Part shown: positions 47,917 through 58,016 of the stretch, in pieces
Layout: each line of letters opens with the position of its first letter
Position numbering within the stretch: the first letter of the stretch is position 1
DNA from: Dehalococcoidia bacterium
GTDB taxonomy: Bacteria; Chloroflexota; Dehalococcoidia; Bin125
Direction: 5' to 3'
Assembly: GCA_965203165.1 (NCBI GenBank)
Contig: OZ241849.1
Location: 1,680,563 to 1,744,562, forward strand
Length of the DNA: 64,000 nt
Made by a program: the position numbers and the translations under genes
Notes under the pieces: model-generated
Databases searched by the model: none
The model's input: the letters and a program-made list of their open reading frames with translations, nothing else
Told to the model about the DNA's origin: nothing

Positions 47917-48080
47917 CGTCGTCGACTCATCGTACGCGCTGAGTCGGCCCTGCGCAGCCGCGCCGCCACTGAGCACCTCCTCGCTCCACTCGCGGGCTGG
48001 CGCGATGTCCCTCGTGCGAGCATCGGCGCGGCGCGTTTTCCAGCCCCCGATCGGCGAAAACCTGGGCGGATTTGGCGCAC
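47917..48080. repeat. Copy 1 of a roughly 130-bp duplicated leader element (copy 2 at about 49163-49290); here immediately 5' of folC
   Basis: gcgtcgactcatcgtacgcgctgagtcggccctgcgcagccgcg...catcggcgcgg...cccgatcggcgaaaac(c)tgggcgga(t/c)ttgcgcac is shared. Copy 1 carries a 45-nt insertion. Confidence 0.7.
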
Positions 48081-48412
48081 GGAAGCGTGCGCGATGTGCG
48101 CCGGCATCTGAGTTTGGCGACGGGCGGGGCAAGCTCGCTGAGGCACACGTGACGGTGACGAGGGGCAACGCTCGATCGTCGGCTGCGCCGGCGTGGGGCG
48201 CGCTCTCGGCGCGGGAACGTAGAGCGCTAGGCTGCTCGCGGGCGGAACGCTCGGCGCTCAATGGAGTGGCGTGGGTGCTGCTTGGTACGCTGGCGCGGGC
48301 GGCTTATGCGCATAGGGGTGGTGCCGATCGCGACGATTGAAGCGTCAGGGCATCCGCGGAGACCTGCGGATCGCAGAGTGTGCGGCGGCAGCAGCTTGCT
48401 TCCCGCAGAAGC

Positions 48413-49018
48413 TCAGTACGCGCACCCGGCCTCTTTCAACGCGACGCGGGTGGTGGGGCGCAGGTCTTCTACGGCGGCTTCAAATTCGAGAATGGGAGAA
48501 CGGGTGTCTGGTGCTCTGCCGGGATCGTAGTCCCCTTCTAGGAACGTCGCCATCGTCACCATTATGTCCGCCCGGGCGAGGTGAAACTGCATGAGCTCGC
48601 TGGGGACTCTGCGAAGGACCTGGAGGTGCTGGAAATATGTATCGGTGTAGTCGTAGGCGGTTTCGGTGGCGGCGACGCGACCAAACATGTAACACCAAGC
48701 GGCGTACTCGTCGATCGTCATCTCGCGGGTGGGCTGAGGCGCTGGGGTGGTACGCGACGACTGCTGTTGCGCCTGTTCCTGCGTCTGCTCTTGCTGCAGC
48801 GACAGCTGCTGTGCCTGTTCCTGCGCTTGCAGCTCCTGATGCGTCTGCTCCTGCTGCTCGGTGGCGCTCGATGTGCTGGCAGTTGCGGGCACTGGTGTCG
48901 AGTCGTCCTCGTCTCCCCCAGCGATGGCGGCGATGATCACGACGACGATGAAGAATCCGGCGGCGGCAAGCGCGACGCGACGCAAGGTGGTGCGGTTCAT
49001 CTGCTCTCTCCAGCTCAC
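48413..49018 (-). CDS. Hypothetical membrane-anchored protein with a Gln/Glu-rich linker
   Basis: N-terminal TM helix. The low-complexity QEQ region might be spurious, but codon bias is consistent. Confidence 0.45.
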   Translation of the reverse strand: MSWREQMNRTTLRRVALAAAGFFIVVVIIAAIAGGDEDDSTPVPATASTSSATEQQEQTHQELQAQEQAQQLSLQQEQTQEQAQQQSSRTTPAPQPTREMTIDEYAAWCYMFGRVAATETAYDYTDTYFQHLQVLRRVPSELMQFHLARADIMVTMATFLEGDYDPGRAPDTRSPILEFEAAVEDLRPTTRVALKEAGCAY

Positions 49019-49313
49019 TCGGCGGGGTAGATTTGTGACTGGGGGATGTTACGGCGCTGCGTTGATGTTCCTCTGCCGGCGGCCGATGGTCGTTTGTCGT
49101 AGGGCGTAGGCCGCGACGCAACGGGCCGATCGGCCCGTTCAGCGTCGGCTTCCTGCTCGTTCTGCATGGCGTCGACTCATCGTACGCGCTGAGTCGGCCC
49201 TGCGCAGCCGCGCGGCCACCGAGCATCGGCGCGGTGCGTCTCCCATCTCCCGATCGGCGAAAACTGGGCGGACTTGCGCACCAAGCCCCGTCCACGCCTC
49301 CCCCACGCCCCCT

Positions 49314-49628
49314 TCCGTCATTCCTGCGTAGGCAGGAACCCAGGTGATCTCCAGCGCCCGTATGCGCCACGATGCCGCGACGGTCCACCTGAGCCGCTCT
49401 GCGCTGCCGCTGGACATTCAACGCCACGCTGAGCCGCTCCTACTGCGTGGGTTCCTGCCTACGCAGGAATGACGGAAGGGGCGCAGGGGCGCAGGGCGGG
49501 GTTGGGCGCCGGGTGCGGCGAGATGCTCGCGGCGAGCGCGGGTTCCTGCCTGCGCAGGAATGACGAAAGTGGCAGCGGGTTCCTGCCTGCGCAGGAATGA
49601 CGGAAAGGGCGTAGGAGTGACGGAATGT
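49314..49628. repeat. Cluster of four REP2 hairpins (one joined to a REP1-like fragment at about 49517-49567)
   Basis: ttcctgc(g/c)...gcaggaatgacgga repeated at 49314, 49449, 49540 and 49578. Confidence 0.85.
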
Positions 49629-49680
49629 GGGGCGTGTGCCCATCGGCGCTGGCGGGTTACCCTGTGGGCGGGAGTTGGCG

Positions 49681-50643
49681 ATGGCTGGCACGCTGCGCGA
49701 GACGCTTGAGGGCAATCTGGCGGGACGCGACGACGTCGAGGGCCTGATCGAGGTGGTCGAAGCGATCGCCGAGGGGGCCTCGCGGGTGGACGCGCTGACG
49801 CGCCGGGCGGCGCTCGCGGATCTGCTCGGCGAGACCGGCGAAACCAACGTGCAGGGCGAGATCGTGCAGCGGCTCGACGCGGCCGGCACCGACACGTTCG
49901 TCGAGGTGCTGAGCGAGTGCGGGCGGGTCGCCGCGCTGGCTTGCGAAGAGCTGGAGCAGGCCGTCTTCGTCAGCGACGACGCGGACCACCCCTACCTGGC
50001 GCTGTTTGACCCGGTGGACGGCTCAAGCAACATTGATGTGGCGGTGACGATCGGCTCGATCTTCGCGATTTACCGCCGTGCCGACGATGCGCCGGTCACG
50101 GAGCGCTCGCTGCTCCGCCCGGGGCGCGAGCAGATTGCGGCGGTCTACGTGGTCTACGGCTCGAGCACCGTGCTGGTCGCCGCGACGGCGGGGCGGGTGG
50201 ACGGTTTCACGCTGGATCCGGACAGCGGGGCGTTTCTGCACAGCCACCCGAACATTGCCATTCCGCAGAAGTGCGCCGCGTACAGCGTGAACGAGGGCAA
50301 CGCGGGCAACTGGGAGCCGCCGATGCAGGTGGCGGTGGCCGAGCTGCGCGAGGCCTACGGGCTGCGCTACGTCGGCTCGCTGGTGGCGGATTTTCACCGC
50401 GATCTGCTGAAGGGCGGAATCTTCCTCTACCCCGGCGACCGCAAGAGTCCCGCGGGCAAGCTGCGGCTGGGCTACGAGGCCAACCCGCTCTGCTACGTGG
50501 CCGAGCAGGCGGGCGGCGCGGGCAGCGACGGCGCGAGCCGCATTCTCGACCTCCAGCCCGAACAACTGCACCAGCGCACGCCGCTGATCGTCGGCAACGC
50601 CGACGTCGTCCAATCCGTCGTCCAACGCCTCAGCGCCGGCTGA
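49681..50643 (+). CDS. fbp: Fructose-1,6-bisphosphatase class I
   Basis: FBPase motifs (DPVDGSSNID, GDRKSPAGKLRLGYEANP). Start chosen at MAGTLRE. Confidence 0.85.
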   Translation: MAGTLRETLEGNLAGRDDVEGLIEVVEAIAEGASRVDALTRRAALADLLGETGETNVQGEIVQRLDAAGTDTFVEVLSECGRVAALACEELEQAVFVSDDADHPYLALFDPVDGSSNIDVAVTIGSIFAIYRRADDAPVTERSLLRPGREQIAAVYVVYGSSTVLVAATAGRVDGFTLDPDSGAFLHSHPNIAIPQKCAAYSVNEGNAGNWEPPMQVAVAELREAYGLRYVGSLVADFHRDLLKGGIFLYPGDRKSPAGKLRLGYEANPLCYVAEQAGGAGSDGASRILDLQPEQLHQRTPLIVGNADVVQSVVQRLSAG

Positions 50644-50679
50644 CACACCGCCGCGCGACACCTCCAAGGGAGCCCAAAC

Positions 50680-51708
50680 ATGACCACCGCCGACCTTCAC
50701 GACACCGCGCGGGCGCTCGTCGCGCCCGGCAAGGGCATCCTTGCCGCCGATGAATCGGCGCCCACGATCAAGCGGCGCTTCGACGGAATCGGGGTCGATT
50801 CGACCGAGACCAACCGCCGCGACTGGCGGCAGTTGCTGTTCACCGCCGACGGCATCGGCGACTACATCTCCGGCGTGATTCTGTTCGACGAGACGCTGCG
50901 GCAGCAGGCGTCGGACGGGCGGACGCTGGTCGAGGTGCTCAGTTCGGCGGGCGTGATTCCGGGCATCAAGATCGACAGCGGCGCGAAGGATCTGGCGGGC
51001 GCGCCCGGCGAGAAGGTGACGGAGGGCCTGGACGGCCTGCGCGAGCGGCTCGATGAGTACCGCGGGCTGGGCGCGCGGTTCACCAAGTGGCGCGCGGTGA
51101 TCGCGATCGACGAGGGGCTGCCGAGCGACTACTGCCTCGAGGTCAACGCGCACGCGCTGGCGCGGATGGCGGCGCTCTCGCAGGAGGCGGGGCTGGTGCC
51201 GATCATCGAGCCGGAGGTGCTGATGGACGGGGCGCACGACATCGCGGCCTGCGCCGACGCGACGGAGCGCGCGCTGCGCGCCACGTTCGCGGCCTGCGCG
51301 GCGCAGCGCGTGGACCTGCCGGGCGCGCTGCTCAAGCCCAACATGGTGCTTTCGGGCAAGGACGCCGCCGAGCGCGCGCCGGCCGAGACGGTCGCGGCAG
51401 AGACGCTGCGCGTCTTCCGCAACGCGGTGCCGGCCGCGGTGCCGGGCTGCGTCTTCCTTTCGGGCGGCCAGAGCGACGCGGAGGCGACGGTGAATCTCGA
51501 CGCGATCAACCGGCTCGCGGCGTCGGAGGGCGCGCCGTGGGAGTTGAGTTTCTCCTACGGGCGCGGCCTGCAGGCGACGCCGCTGGGCGTCTGGAGCGGG
51601 CAGCGGGAGAATGTCGCCGCCGCCCAGGCCGCATTCCAGCTCCGCGCCAGGCTCACCGCCGCCGCCCGCCGCGGGGAGTACAGCCCGTCGCTGGAGCAAG
51701 AGGGGTAG
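50680..51708 (+). CDS. fba: Fructose-bisphosphate aldolase class I
   Basis: Class I FBA motifs (GKGILAADES, IKIDSGAKDL, Schiff-base lysine region). Confidence 0.85.
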   Translation: MTTADLHDTARALVAPGKGILAADESAPTIKRRFDGIGVDSTETNRRDWRQLLFTADGIGDYISGVILFDETLRQQASDGRTLVEVLSSAGVIPGIKIDSGAKDLAGAPGEKVTEGLDGLRERLDEYRGLGARFTKWRAVIAIDEGLPSDYCLEVNAHALARMAALSQEAGLVPIIEPEVLMDGAHDIAACADATERALRATFAACAAQRVDLPGALLKPNMVLSGKDAAERAPAETVAAETLRVFRNAVPAAVPGCVFLSGGQSDAEATVNLDAINRLAASEGAPWELSFSYGRGLQATPLGVWSGQRENVAAAQAAFQLRARLTAAARRGEYSPSLEQEG

Positions 51709-53107
51709 GGGGCGTGGTTAAGCGACCTCTGGGGATGGGGAATACCGGGGTAACCGACAGCGCGGTTGAGCGGCTTTGGGTGGTCGCTTCCAGCTCAACA
51801 TCAGACTCGACAATCGCGACATGATCGACCACGACACGATAGGTCAAGCCCGGCTCCAGATTGTCGAACGTGTACGCTGTGGTGCCGTTGTAGACCCTCT
51901 CGTGCCTGATGCCCGAGCGCGTGGGGTGAAACAGCATCAAGCGGTAGTCGTCGTTTGCCGCGTCGGGGTACGGCGCATCCCAACTCACCGTAATGCTGTT
52001 GCTGGTTGTCGTCGTCCGTACATTTTGCGCGCCGCGCGGCGGCGCGGTCCAGCCGGGCGGCGCAGGCAGCGTGCGGACCATGGTTGAGGCCAGCAAAGGT
52101 TCCGGGGACTCGCCGAGTTGTACTCGGACCGTGTACTCGCGGTCTGGCGGAACATTGCGGAAAATGATCGTGGGAGTCCCGTCGCTGTGGTCGTCCGGAT
52201 CATAGATCTCGCCGTCGCTCACTCGTGGGCGAGCGCCAGACAGATCGTCAAGGAGGACGTAGAAGAAGCTCACCGACGGCTGCTCATCCCAGGTCACGGT
52301 CACAGTGTCATGCGTGGCGGTCGCTGATACGCCGGTGGGTGAGGTAAGCGTAGTCGCCGTACGGTCGATCCAGATCAGGGCGTTGGGCGTTTCAGATTCG
52401 ATCCGATCGCGCAGCGATGCGAACTCGAACCGGTACTCAACGCCTTTGCGCAGCCCGACGATGTTGACGTGCATCGCGTGATCGAGGTAGTGGGTATGTT
52501 CGAGCAGCTCATAAGTCCAGGCGGTCGTGCCGGTAGGGCGCCAACGGGCCAGGAAGTGAGAGGTTGCGCCGTTCGGCTTGCTGGTATCAACGGTCCAGCC
52601 GCTAACGATGTCGTTGCGATAGGCGATCAGAGGTATCGCCGGCGGAGCCGGCAGCGCCCGCGCCCTTGCCACATCGAGCGCCGCCTCGCGCCGCACGCCC
52701 CTCGAGTCCGTCACCGTCGCCGTGACCCGCTTGGCGGCCAGCGCCGCATCCTCGTCTGCGGCCTCCGCCTCGCTCAGCGCGCCGCAGTTGATGCGGACGT
52801 TGTCGGCGTCCGCGTTGACGGGGGTTCCTTCAACTTGCAGCTTGTAGGGCGGCTTGCCGACCGCGATCTGCCAGGAGATTTCAGTCAGCGTGCCCGCGGT
52901 GCAGAGCTCGCGCGAGCTTGCCAGCTCGAGCCTGAGGCGCTGGCGCCACTCGATCAGGGCCAGCCAGAGGCGTGGATCGGCTGACCAGCGCTCCACGAGC
53001 GGCGCGTCCGCATCGGGCGGCGCGTCGGCCCGCGCGGGTCCCGCCGCGCCGAGCAACGCCGCGAACAGCCCGATCAGTCCAATCAGCGCCATTGCCGTCA
53101 AGCGCAT
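51653..53107 (-). CDS. Secreted repeat protein: conserved 140-aa N-terminal domain (DPRLWLALIEWRQRLRLEL...CTAGTLTEISWQIA...INCGAL) plus FN3-like modules
   Basis: Signal peptide MRLTAMALIGLIGLFAALLGAAGPARA. Paralog of 53318..55885 and of the 5' partial gene. Confidence 0.65.
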   Translation of the reverse strand: MRLTAMALIGLIGLFAALLGAAGPARADAPPDADAPLVERWSADPRLWLALIEWRQRLRLELASSRELCTAGTLTEISWQIAVGKPPYKLQVEGTPVNADADNVRINCGALSEAEAADEDAALAAKRVTATVTDSRGVRREAALDVARARALPAPPAIPLIAYRNDIVSGWTVDTSKPNGATSHFLARWRPTGTTAWTYELLEHTHYLDHAMHVNIVGLRKGVEYRFEFASLRDRIESETPNALIWIDRTATTLTSPTGVSATATHDTVTVTWDEQPSVSFFYVLLDDLSGARPRVSDGEIYDPDDHSDGTPTIIFRNVPPDREYTVRVQLGESPEPLLASTMVRTLPAPPGWTAPPRGAQNVRTTTTSNSITVSWDAPYPDAANDDYRLMLFHPTRSGIRHERVYNGTTAYTFDNLEPGLTYRVVVDHVAIVESDVELEATTQSRSTALSVTPVFPIPRGRLTTPPTPLAPATGCTPRGGRRR

Positions 53108-53317
53108 TCAGAGACCCCTTCATTCACTGCGATGTTAGCCAGACGCGCGGGCGCGCCGTTTGGTTCCCGCGCGGCGGTCAGCGCGAACAGTGCTGCGATC
53201 CGGATGCGCATCCGAGACCTCCTGCGCTGGTCGTAATGATGAACGGGCGGAGATGAGTGTGCCCGCGCCGCGCGGGTTCGCGGCTTTCGGAGCGCATGGG
53301 CGTACCTGACGGCGCGG

Positions 53318-55885
53318 CTAGCGGCTTTGGGTGGTCGCTTCCAGCTCAACGGCGGACTCGACAATCGCGAGGTGATCGACCACAACTCGGTAGGTCAAGC
53401 CCGGCTCCAGATTGTCGAACGTGTACGATGTGGTGCCGTTGTCGACCCACTCATGCCTGATTCCGGAGCGCGTGGGGTGAAACAGCATCAAGTGGTAGCT
53501 GTCGTCCTCTGCGTCGGGGTACGGCGCTTCCCAACTCACCGTGATGCTGTTGCTGGTCGTCGTCGTCCGCACATTTTGCGCGCCGCGCGGCGGCGCGGTC
53601 CAACCTTGGGGCGGCGATGTGGTGCGTACCGTCGTGGTTGCTTCCAGCGGATCATCTGACTCGCTGAGAGACCACGTGCCCACCCGCACTCGCACCGTGT
53701 ATTCGCGGTCGGAGGGGACGTTGCGAAAGACGACCGAATACGCTTCGCCGTCATGCTCGCGCGGTATGTAGATCTCGGCATCGTCCACGCGCGGGAGCCG
53801 ATCCGACGAGCCCTCGAGGTATACGCGGAAGAAGCTTGCCGACGGCTGTTCGTCCCACGTTACAGTCACTGTGCTGTGTGTGGCCGTTGCCGACAAACCC
53901 GTTGGCTCTGCCAGCGTCCTGGTCGAGCTGCGCACCCAGCGCAAAGCCTCCGGCGTCCTGGCTTCAATGCGATGTCGCATCGTTGCAAATTCGAACTGGT
54001 AGTCGGTACCTTGACGCAGGTCCCAGAGGAGGACAGGCGCTACGCCTAGCGGCGCATGTTTGTGTTCCCACGCTCTGGTGGACCACTCGGTCGACGTCGT
54101 AGGTCGCCAGCGCATGATGAAAAGCGAAGTGGCGCCGTCCGGCTTGGTTTCGTCGCCCAGCAGTCCAGTTGTGATCGCCTCGCCGTAAGCGACTATGCCT
54201 GTGGTTCTCGGCGCAGGCAGCGCATGCGCCCTTGCCACATCGATCGCCGCCTCGCGCCGCACGCCCCTCGAGTCGGTCGCCACCGCCGTGACCCGCTTGG
54301 CGGCCAGCGCCGCATCCTCGTCCGCGGCCTCCGCTTCCGTCAGCGCGCCGCAGTTGATGCGGATGTTGTCGGCGTCTGCGTTGACGGGGGAGCTTGCGAC
54401 TTGCAGATTGTAGGGCGGCTTGCCGCCCGCGATCTGCCAGGAGATTTCCGTCAGCGTGCCTGCGGTGCAGAGTTCGCGGGAGCTTGCCAGCTCGAGTCTC
54501 AGGCGCTGGCGCCACTCGATCAGGGCGAGCCAGAGACGCGGGTCGGCTGGGTAGCCCGGCGAGCTTTGGCCCTGCACGGGCGCTGGTGTAGTGGTGACGG
54601 TTGTCGAAACCTCGACACCGTACAGGTCGAGATGAGCCACGGTGACTGTGTATGTGGTCGCGGGTGTCAGGCCTTCCAGGGTGAACGTCAGTGGTGCGCT
54701 CACCCAGCGGCTGTACGGGCGACGCCAACTCGAATGCTCGACGTAGACGATCCAGCGATCGCGCGTGTTCGGAGTGGGCGCGTCCCAAGTAGCTGTGATC
54801 GTGTCGTGCGTCGCGGTGACGCTGAGGCTCTGCGCGCCGCGCGCTGGCGCCTGCCAAGCGGTTGGCGCCGCAACCGTGGTTGCCCGGATCGTTGTACGGA
54901 GTTGCGCTTCGTCGTCGCCGTGAACTGAAACGTGAATTTTGTACTCCGTCTCCGGCTCGAGATCGATGTGCGTCACCTGGTTCGTCACAACCGCATCACG
55001 GCGCCGCATGATCACTCTCCTGCTGCGTCCAGCCCCATCAGCGCGAATGAGGTCCACGTAGACGTAACTGACCGATGGTTGATCATCCCAGCTCACGGTG
55101 ATCGTGTCGTGCGTACTGGTCGTACGGACGCCCGTTGGCGTGGTCGCGGTCGTCGCTTCAAGGTTCCCGCTCCAGATGAGCGCATCAAGCGTTGACTGCT
55201 CGATCGGATCGCGCAGCGATGCGACTGCGAATACGTAGGAGGATCTTTCGGCGAGACCGCTGAAGGCCGCTATCACGATCTCGAGCTGACCTGTCGAGCC
55301 GATGAGTTTGTATGTCCAGTTCGAATCAGTTGCAGCACGCCAGCGCATCAGCCACCAGCCGCTCCCCGCGACCCAGCTTGTGCTAACCAGGGTCCGCTGA
55401 ACCACTGGAGTGCGCAGATGCGGCGCCGGCAGCGCCCGCGCTCTTGCCACATCGATTGCCGCCTCGCGCCGCACGCCCCTCGAGTCCGTCACCACGGCGC
55501 TGATCCGCTTGGCGGCCAGCGACGCATCCTCGTCCGCCGCCTCCGCCTCGCTCAGCGCGCCGCAGTTGATGCGGATGTTGTCGGCGTCGGCGTTGACGGG
55601 GGTTCCTTCGACTTGCAGCTCGTAGGGCGGCTTGCCGCCCGCGATCTGCCAGGAGATTTCTGTCAGCGTGCCTGCAGTGCAGAGTTCGCGCGAGCTTTCC
55701 AGCTCGAGCCTCAGGCGTTGGCGCCACTCAATCAGGGCGAGCCAGAGGCGCGGATCGGCCGACCAGCGCTCCGCCGCCGGCTCGCCCGCATCCGGCGGCG
55801 CGTCGGCCTGCGCGGGTCCCGCCGCGCCGAGCAGCGCTGCCAGCAGTGCGAGCAGCCCAATCAGCGCCATTGCCGCCACGCGCAT
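53318..55885 (-). CDS. Secreted repeat protein, large paralog. The 140-aa conserved domain occurs twice; FN3-like modules follow
   Basis: Start chosen at MRVAAMALIGLLALLAALLGAAGPAQA (signal peptide). Long stretches are near-identical to 51653..53107 at the DNA level. Confidence 0.65.
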   Translation of the reverse strand: MRVAAMALIGLLALLAALLGAAGPAQADAPPDAGEPAAERWSADPRLWLALIEWRQRLRLELESSRELCTAGTLTEISWQIAGGKPPYELQVEGTPVNADADNIRINCGALSEAEAADEDASLAAKRISAVVTDSRGVRREAAIDVARARALPAPHLRTPVVQRTLVSTSWVAGSGWWLMRWRAATDSNWTYKLIGSTGQLEIVIAAFSGLAERSSYVFAVASLRDPIEQSTLDALIWSGNLEATTATTPTGVRTTSTHDTITVSWDDQPSVSYVYVDLIRADGAGRSRRVIMRRRDAVVTNQVTHIDLEPETEYKIHVSVHGDDEAQLRTTIRATTVAAPTAWQAPARGAQSLSVTATHDTITATWDAPTPNTRDRWIVYVEHSSWRRPYSRWVSAPLTFTLEGLTPATTYTVTVAHLDLYGVEVSTTVTTTPAPVQGQSSPGYPADPRLWLALIEWRQRLRLELASSRELCTAGTLTEISWQIAGGKPPYNLQVASSPVNADADNIRINCGALTEAEAADEDAALAAKRVTAVATDSRGVRREAAIDVARAHALPAPRTTGIVAYGEAITTGLLGDETKPDGATSLFIMRWRPTTSTEWSTRAWEHKHAPLGVAPVLLWDLRQGTDYQFEFATMRHRIEARTPEALRWVRSSTRTLAEPTGLSATATHSTVTVTWDEQPSASFFRVYLEGSSDRLPRVDDAEIYIPREHDGEAYSVVFRNVPSDREYTVRVRVGTWSLSESDDPLEATTTVRTTSPPQGWTAPPRGAQNVRTTTTSNSITVSWEAPYPDAEDDSYHLMLFHPTRSGIRHEWVDNGTTSYTFDNLEPGLTYRVVVDHLAIVESAVELEATTQSR

Positions 55886-55961
55886 TTGCGGCCTCCCATT
55901 CACTGCGATGCTAGCCAGACGATGGGGTGCGCTGCTTGGTTCCCGCGGTGGGGCCAGGGGG

Positions 55962-56230
55962 TGTTCACACTTCTCTAGATCCGTCATCCCGCGGCGAGCG
56001 CGGGTATGCGGGTCAATTTCGCGCGCGGGGTGGGGGAGATGGGAGCGGGGGCTTGGTACGCAGCGCGGCGAGATACCCGCGGCGGAGCGCGGGTATGACG
56101 GTTTTGCTTCGCGCGGGTGTGGCGGAGGTGTTTGCGCGGGTGTGGCGGAGGTGTTTGCGCGGGGGTGGCGGAGGTGTTTGCGCGGGTATGGCGGAGGTGT
56201 TTGCGCGGGGGTTGCGGGGTTGTTGCGTGG
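55962..56230. repeat. Two REP1 hairpins plus a 23-bp x4 tandem (ggtgtggcggaggtgtttgcgcg), preceded by a GTGTTCACAC flank
   Basis: Seen directly in the sequence. Confidence 0.85.
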
Positions 56231-56242
56231 GGCGCGCGCCCG

Positions 56243-57133
56243 CTAGCGGTTGCGGGGGGCTTGGGAGTAGTCGCCGAAGGGGCCGTCGCGCCAGGCCAGG
56301 GCGCCTTTTAGGCCTTCTTCGCGCATGCGGCGGGACCATTCGTAGTGCTGGGAGGTGAAGGTGCCGACGGCGTCGAGGTCGGTGGAGGAGCGGAGCGAGG
56401 CGTAGATGCCCATGTTTTCGTAGAAGCGGTTGATGTGGACTTTGAGTTGGGCGAGGTGGTCGGCGGGGAGGTTGGCGATGCGCTCGGCGAGGGCGAGGGT
56501 GCGCTCTTCGAGCTCGTCTTTGGGGACGGCGTAGTTGATCAGGTTGAGCTCGGCGGCCTGGGTGGCGCGGATTGGGTCGCCGGTATAGAAGAGCTCTTTG
56601 GCTTTGCGCATGTTGGTGAGCAGGGGCAGGATGGCGGAGGTGCGGCTGCCGGCGAAGCGCAGGCCGGGGTGGCCGATTTGGGTGTCTTCGGCGGCGACGA
56701 CGAGGTCGGCCATCATGGAGAGTTCGAAGCCGCCGGCGATGGCGTAGCCGTGCAGTTGGGCGATGGTGACCTTCTGCATGTTCCAGAAGTAGAGCCAGAT
56801 GTCGGTGACGCGGGCCATGCCGCCGCGGATGCCCATGATCAGGCGGTTGCCGTCGTCGTCGCTGGTGCGGAAGGCGCGGTGGACGGCGTCGGCGCCGTAG
56901 CCGCCGGCGGGGGTGAGGTCGTAACCGGCGGAGAAGGTGCGCCCGGCGCCTTTGACGATCAGGACGCGGACGTCGTCGTCGGTTTCGAAGTATTCGAGGG
57001 CGTCGCGGAAGTCGTAGATGAGTTCCTGGGAGAGGGCGTTCATTTTTTCGGGGCGGTTGAGGGTGACGACGCCGATGCGGTCGTCGGTTCCGGTGCGTTC
57101 GAGCAGGATGTTCTCGAAGGTGGGGAGGGTCAT
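56243..57133 (-). CDS. Enoyl-CoA hydratase/isomerase (crotonase family)
   Basis: Crotonase fold motifs (RPEKMNAL, GAGRTFSAGYDL). Confidence 0.85.
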   Translation of the reverse strand: MTLPTFENILLERTGTDDRIGVVTLNRPEKMNALSQELIYDFRDALEYFETDDDVRVLIVKGAGRTFSAGYDLTPAGGYGADAVHRAFRTSDDDGNRLIMGIRGGMARVTDIWLYFWNMQKVTIAQLHGYAIAGGFELSMMADLVVAAEDTQIGHPGLRFAGSRTSAILPLLTNMRKAKELFYTGDPIRATQAAELNLINYAVPKDELEERTLALAERIANLPADHLAQLKVHINRFYENMGIYASLRSSTDLDAVGTFTSQHYEWSRRMREEGLKGALAWRDGPFGDYSQAPRNR

Positions 57134-57174
57134 GGGGCGTGTCTCCGTCGGTTGCGGCTTGCGTGCCGCACAGT

Positions 57175-57855
57175 CTACTCGTCCTGCTCGGCTTCGCGGG
57201 TTCCCTGGAAGAAGTCGCGGTTGGCGCGGCGGCGGTGGACGCGTGACATGGCGCGGCGCTCCGTAATGCCGCGGCTGACGGAGCGGTTGGCGCGGGCGAC
57301 GCCGCCCGCGGAGGCGTCGAAGTTGGAGGCGCTGCGGCGGTCGATGCCGAGCTTGCGGCTTTCGGCGTAGGCGTCCTGGTTTGCGCCGAGGTAGCCGATC
57401 GTCCAGCCCTGGTTCTGGCGCTCGTCAAGCAGCTCGATGATGGTGTCGCGCTGGTAGTCGGTGCTGGCGTTTTCGAGGCCGTCGGTGAAGATCACGAGCA
57501 GTTGGTCTTCTTCGGGCAGGCGTGCGGTTTGGCGCTCGCTGATGCGGCGGTCGGCGCGGCTGATCAGCGCGCCGATCGCGTCGTAGAGCGGGGTCGTGGC
57601 GCGCGGCTCGTAGTCGTCGGCGGTGAGAGGCTTGACGTCGCCGATCGCTTCGTCGTCGACGATCAGCTCGAAGGGCTCTTGGGAGTCGAACTGGGCGATG
57701 GTGATGCGGCAGTCGTCGTCGCCGCGGCGCTGCTCGGCGAGCAGCTTGTTGGTCTCGCGGACGACGGCCTTGCGGAGTGGGCGCATGGAGCCGGAGCGGT
57801 CGATCAGGTACCAGATTTTGAGCGGCTCGGGGGCGGTTTTGGAGGTCTGGGGCAT
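57175..57855 (-). CDS. von Willebrand factor type A (vWA) domain protein
   Basis: MIDAS DxSxS motif (DRSGSM) and vWA fold. Confidence 0.7.
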   Translation of the reverse strand: MPQTSKTAPEPLKIWYLIDRSGSMRPLRKAVVRETNKLLAEQRRGDDDCRITIAQFDSQEPFELIVDDEAIGDVKPLTADDYEPRATTPLYDAIGALISRADRRISERQTARLPEEDQLLVIFTDGLENASTDYQRDTIIELLDERQNQGWTIGYLGANQDAYAESRKLGIDRRSASNFDASAGGVARANRSVSRGITERRAMSRVHRRRANRDFFQGTREAEQDE

Positions 57856-58016
57856 TGCGTTTTCCTGCTCTCTCGGCGTCCGTCTGGGGCGGCGGCGGGC
57901 CGGCCGCCCTACTTCGTGTCAGATCAACACTAACTCGCTCGGCGCAGATGTCAAGCGGCGCACTATCCTGTGGGCGTCGTGGTTGGTTGAGCAGTTGACG
58001 GAGAGGAGCGCGCGCG

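Noticed and set aside
47893-48080. ZTP (pfl) or THF riboswitch upstream of folC
   Set aside because: The region contains cctgggcgg rather than the ZTP CCGCCUGGGC pseudoknot motif, and I could not align the THF consensus by eye. Kept only as an unexplained duplicated leader.
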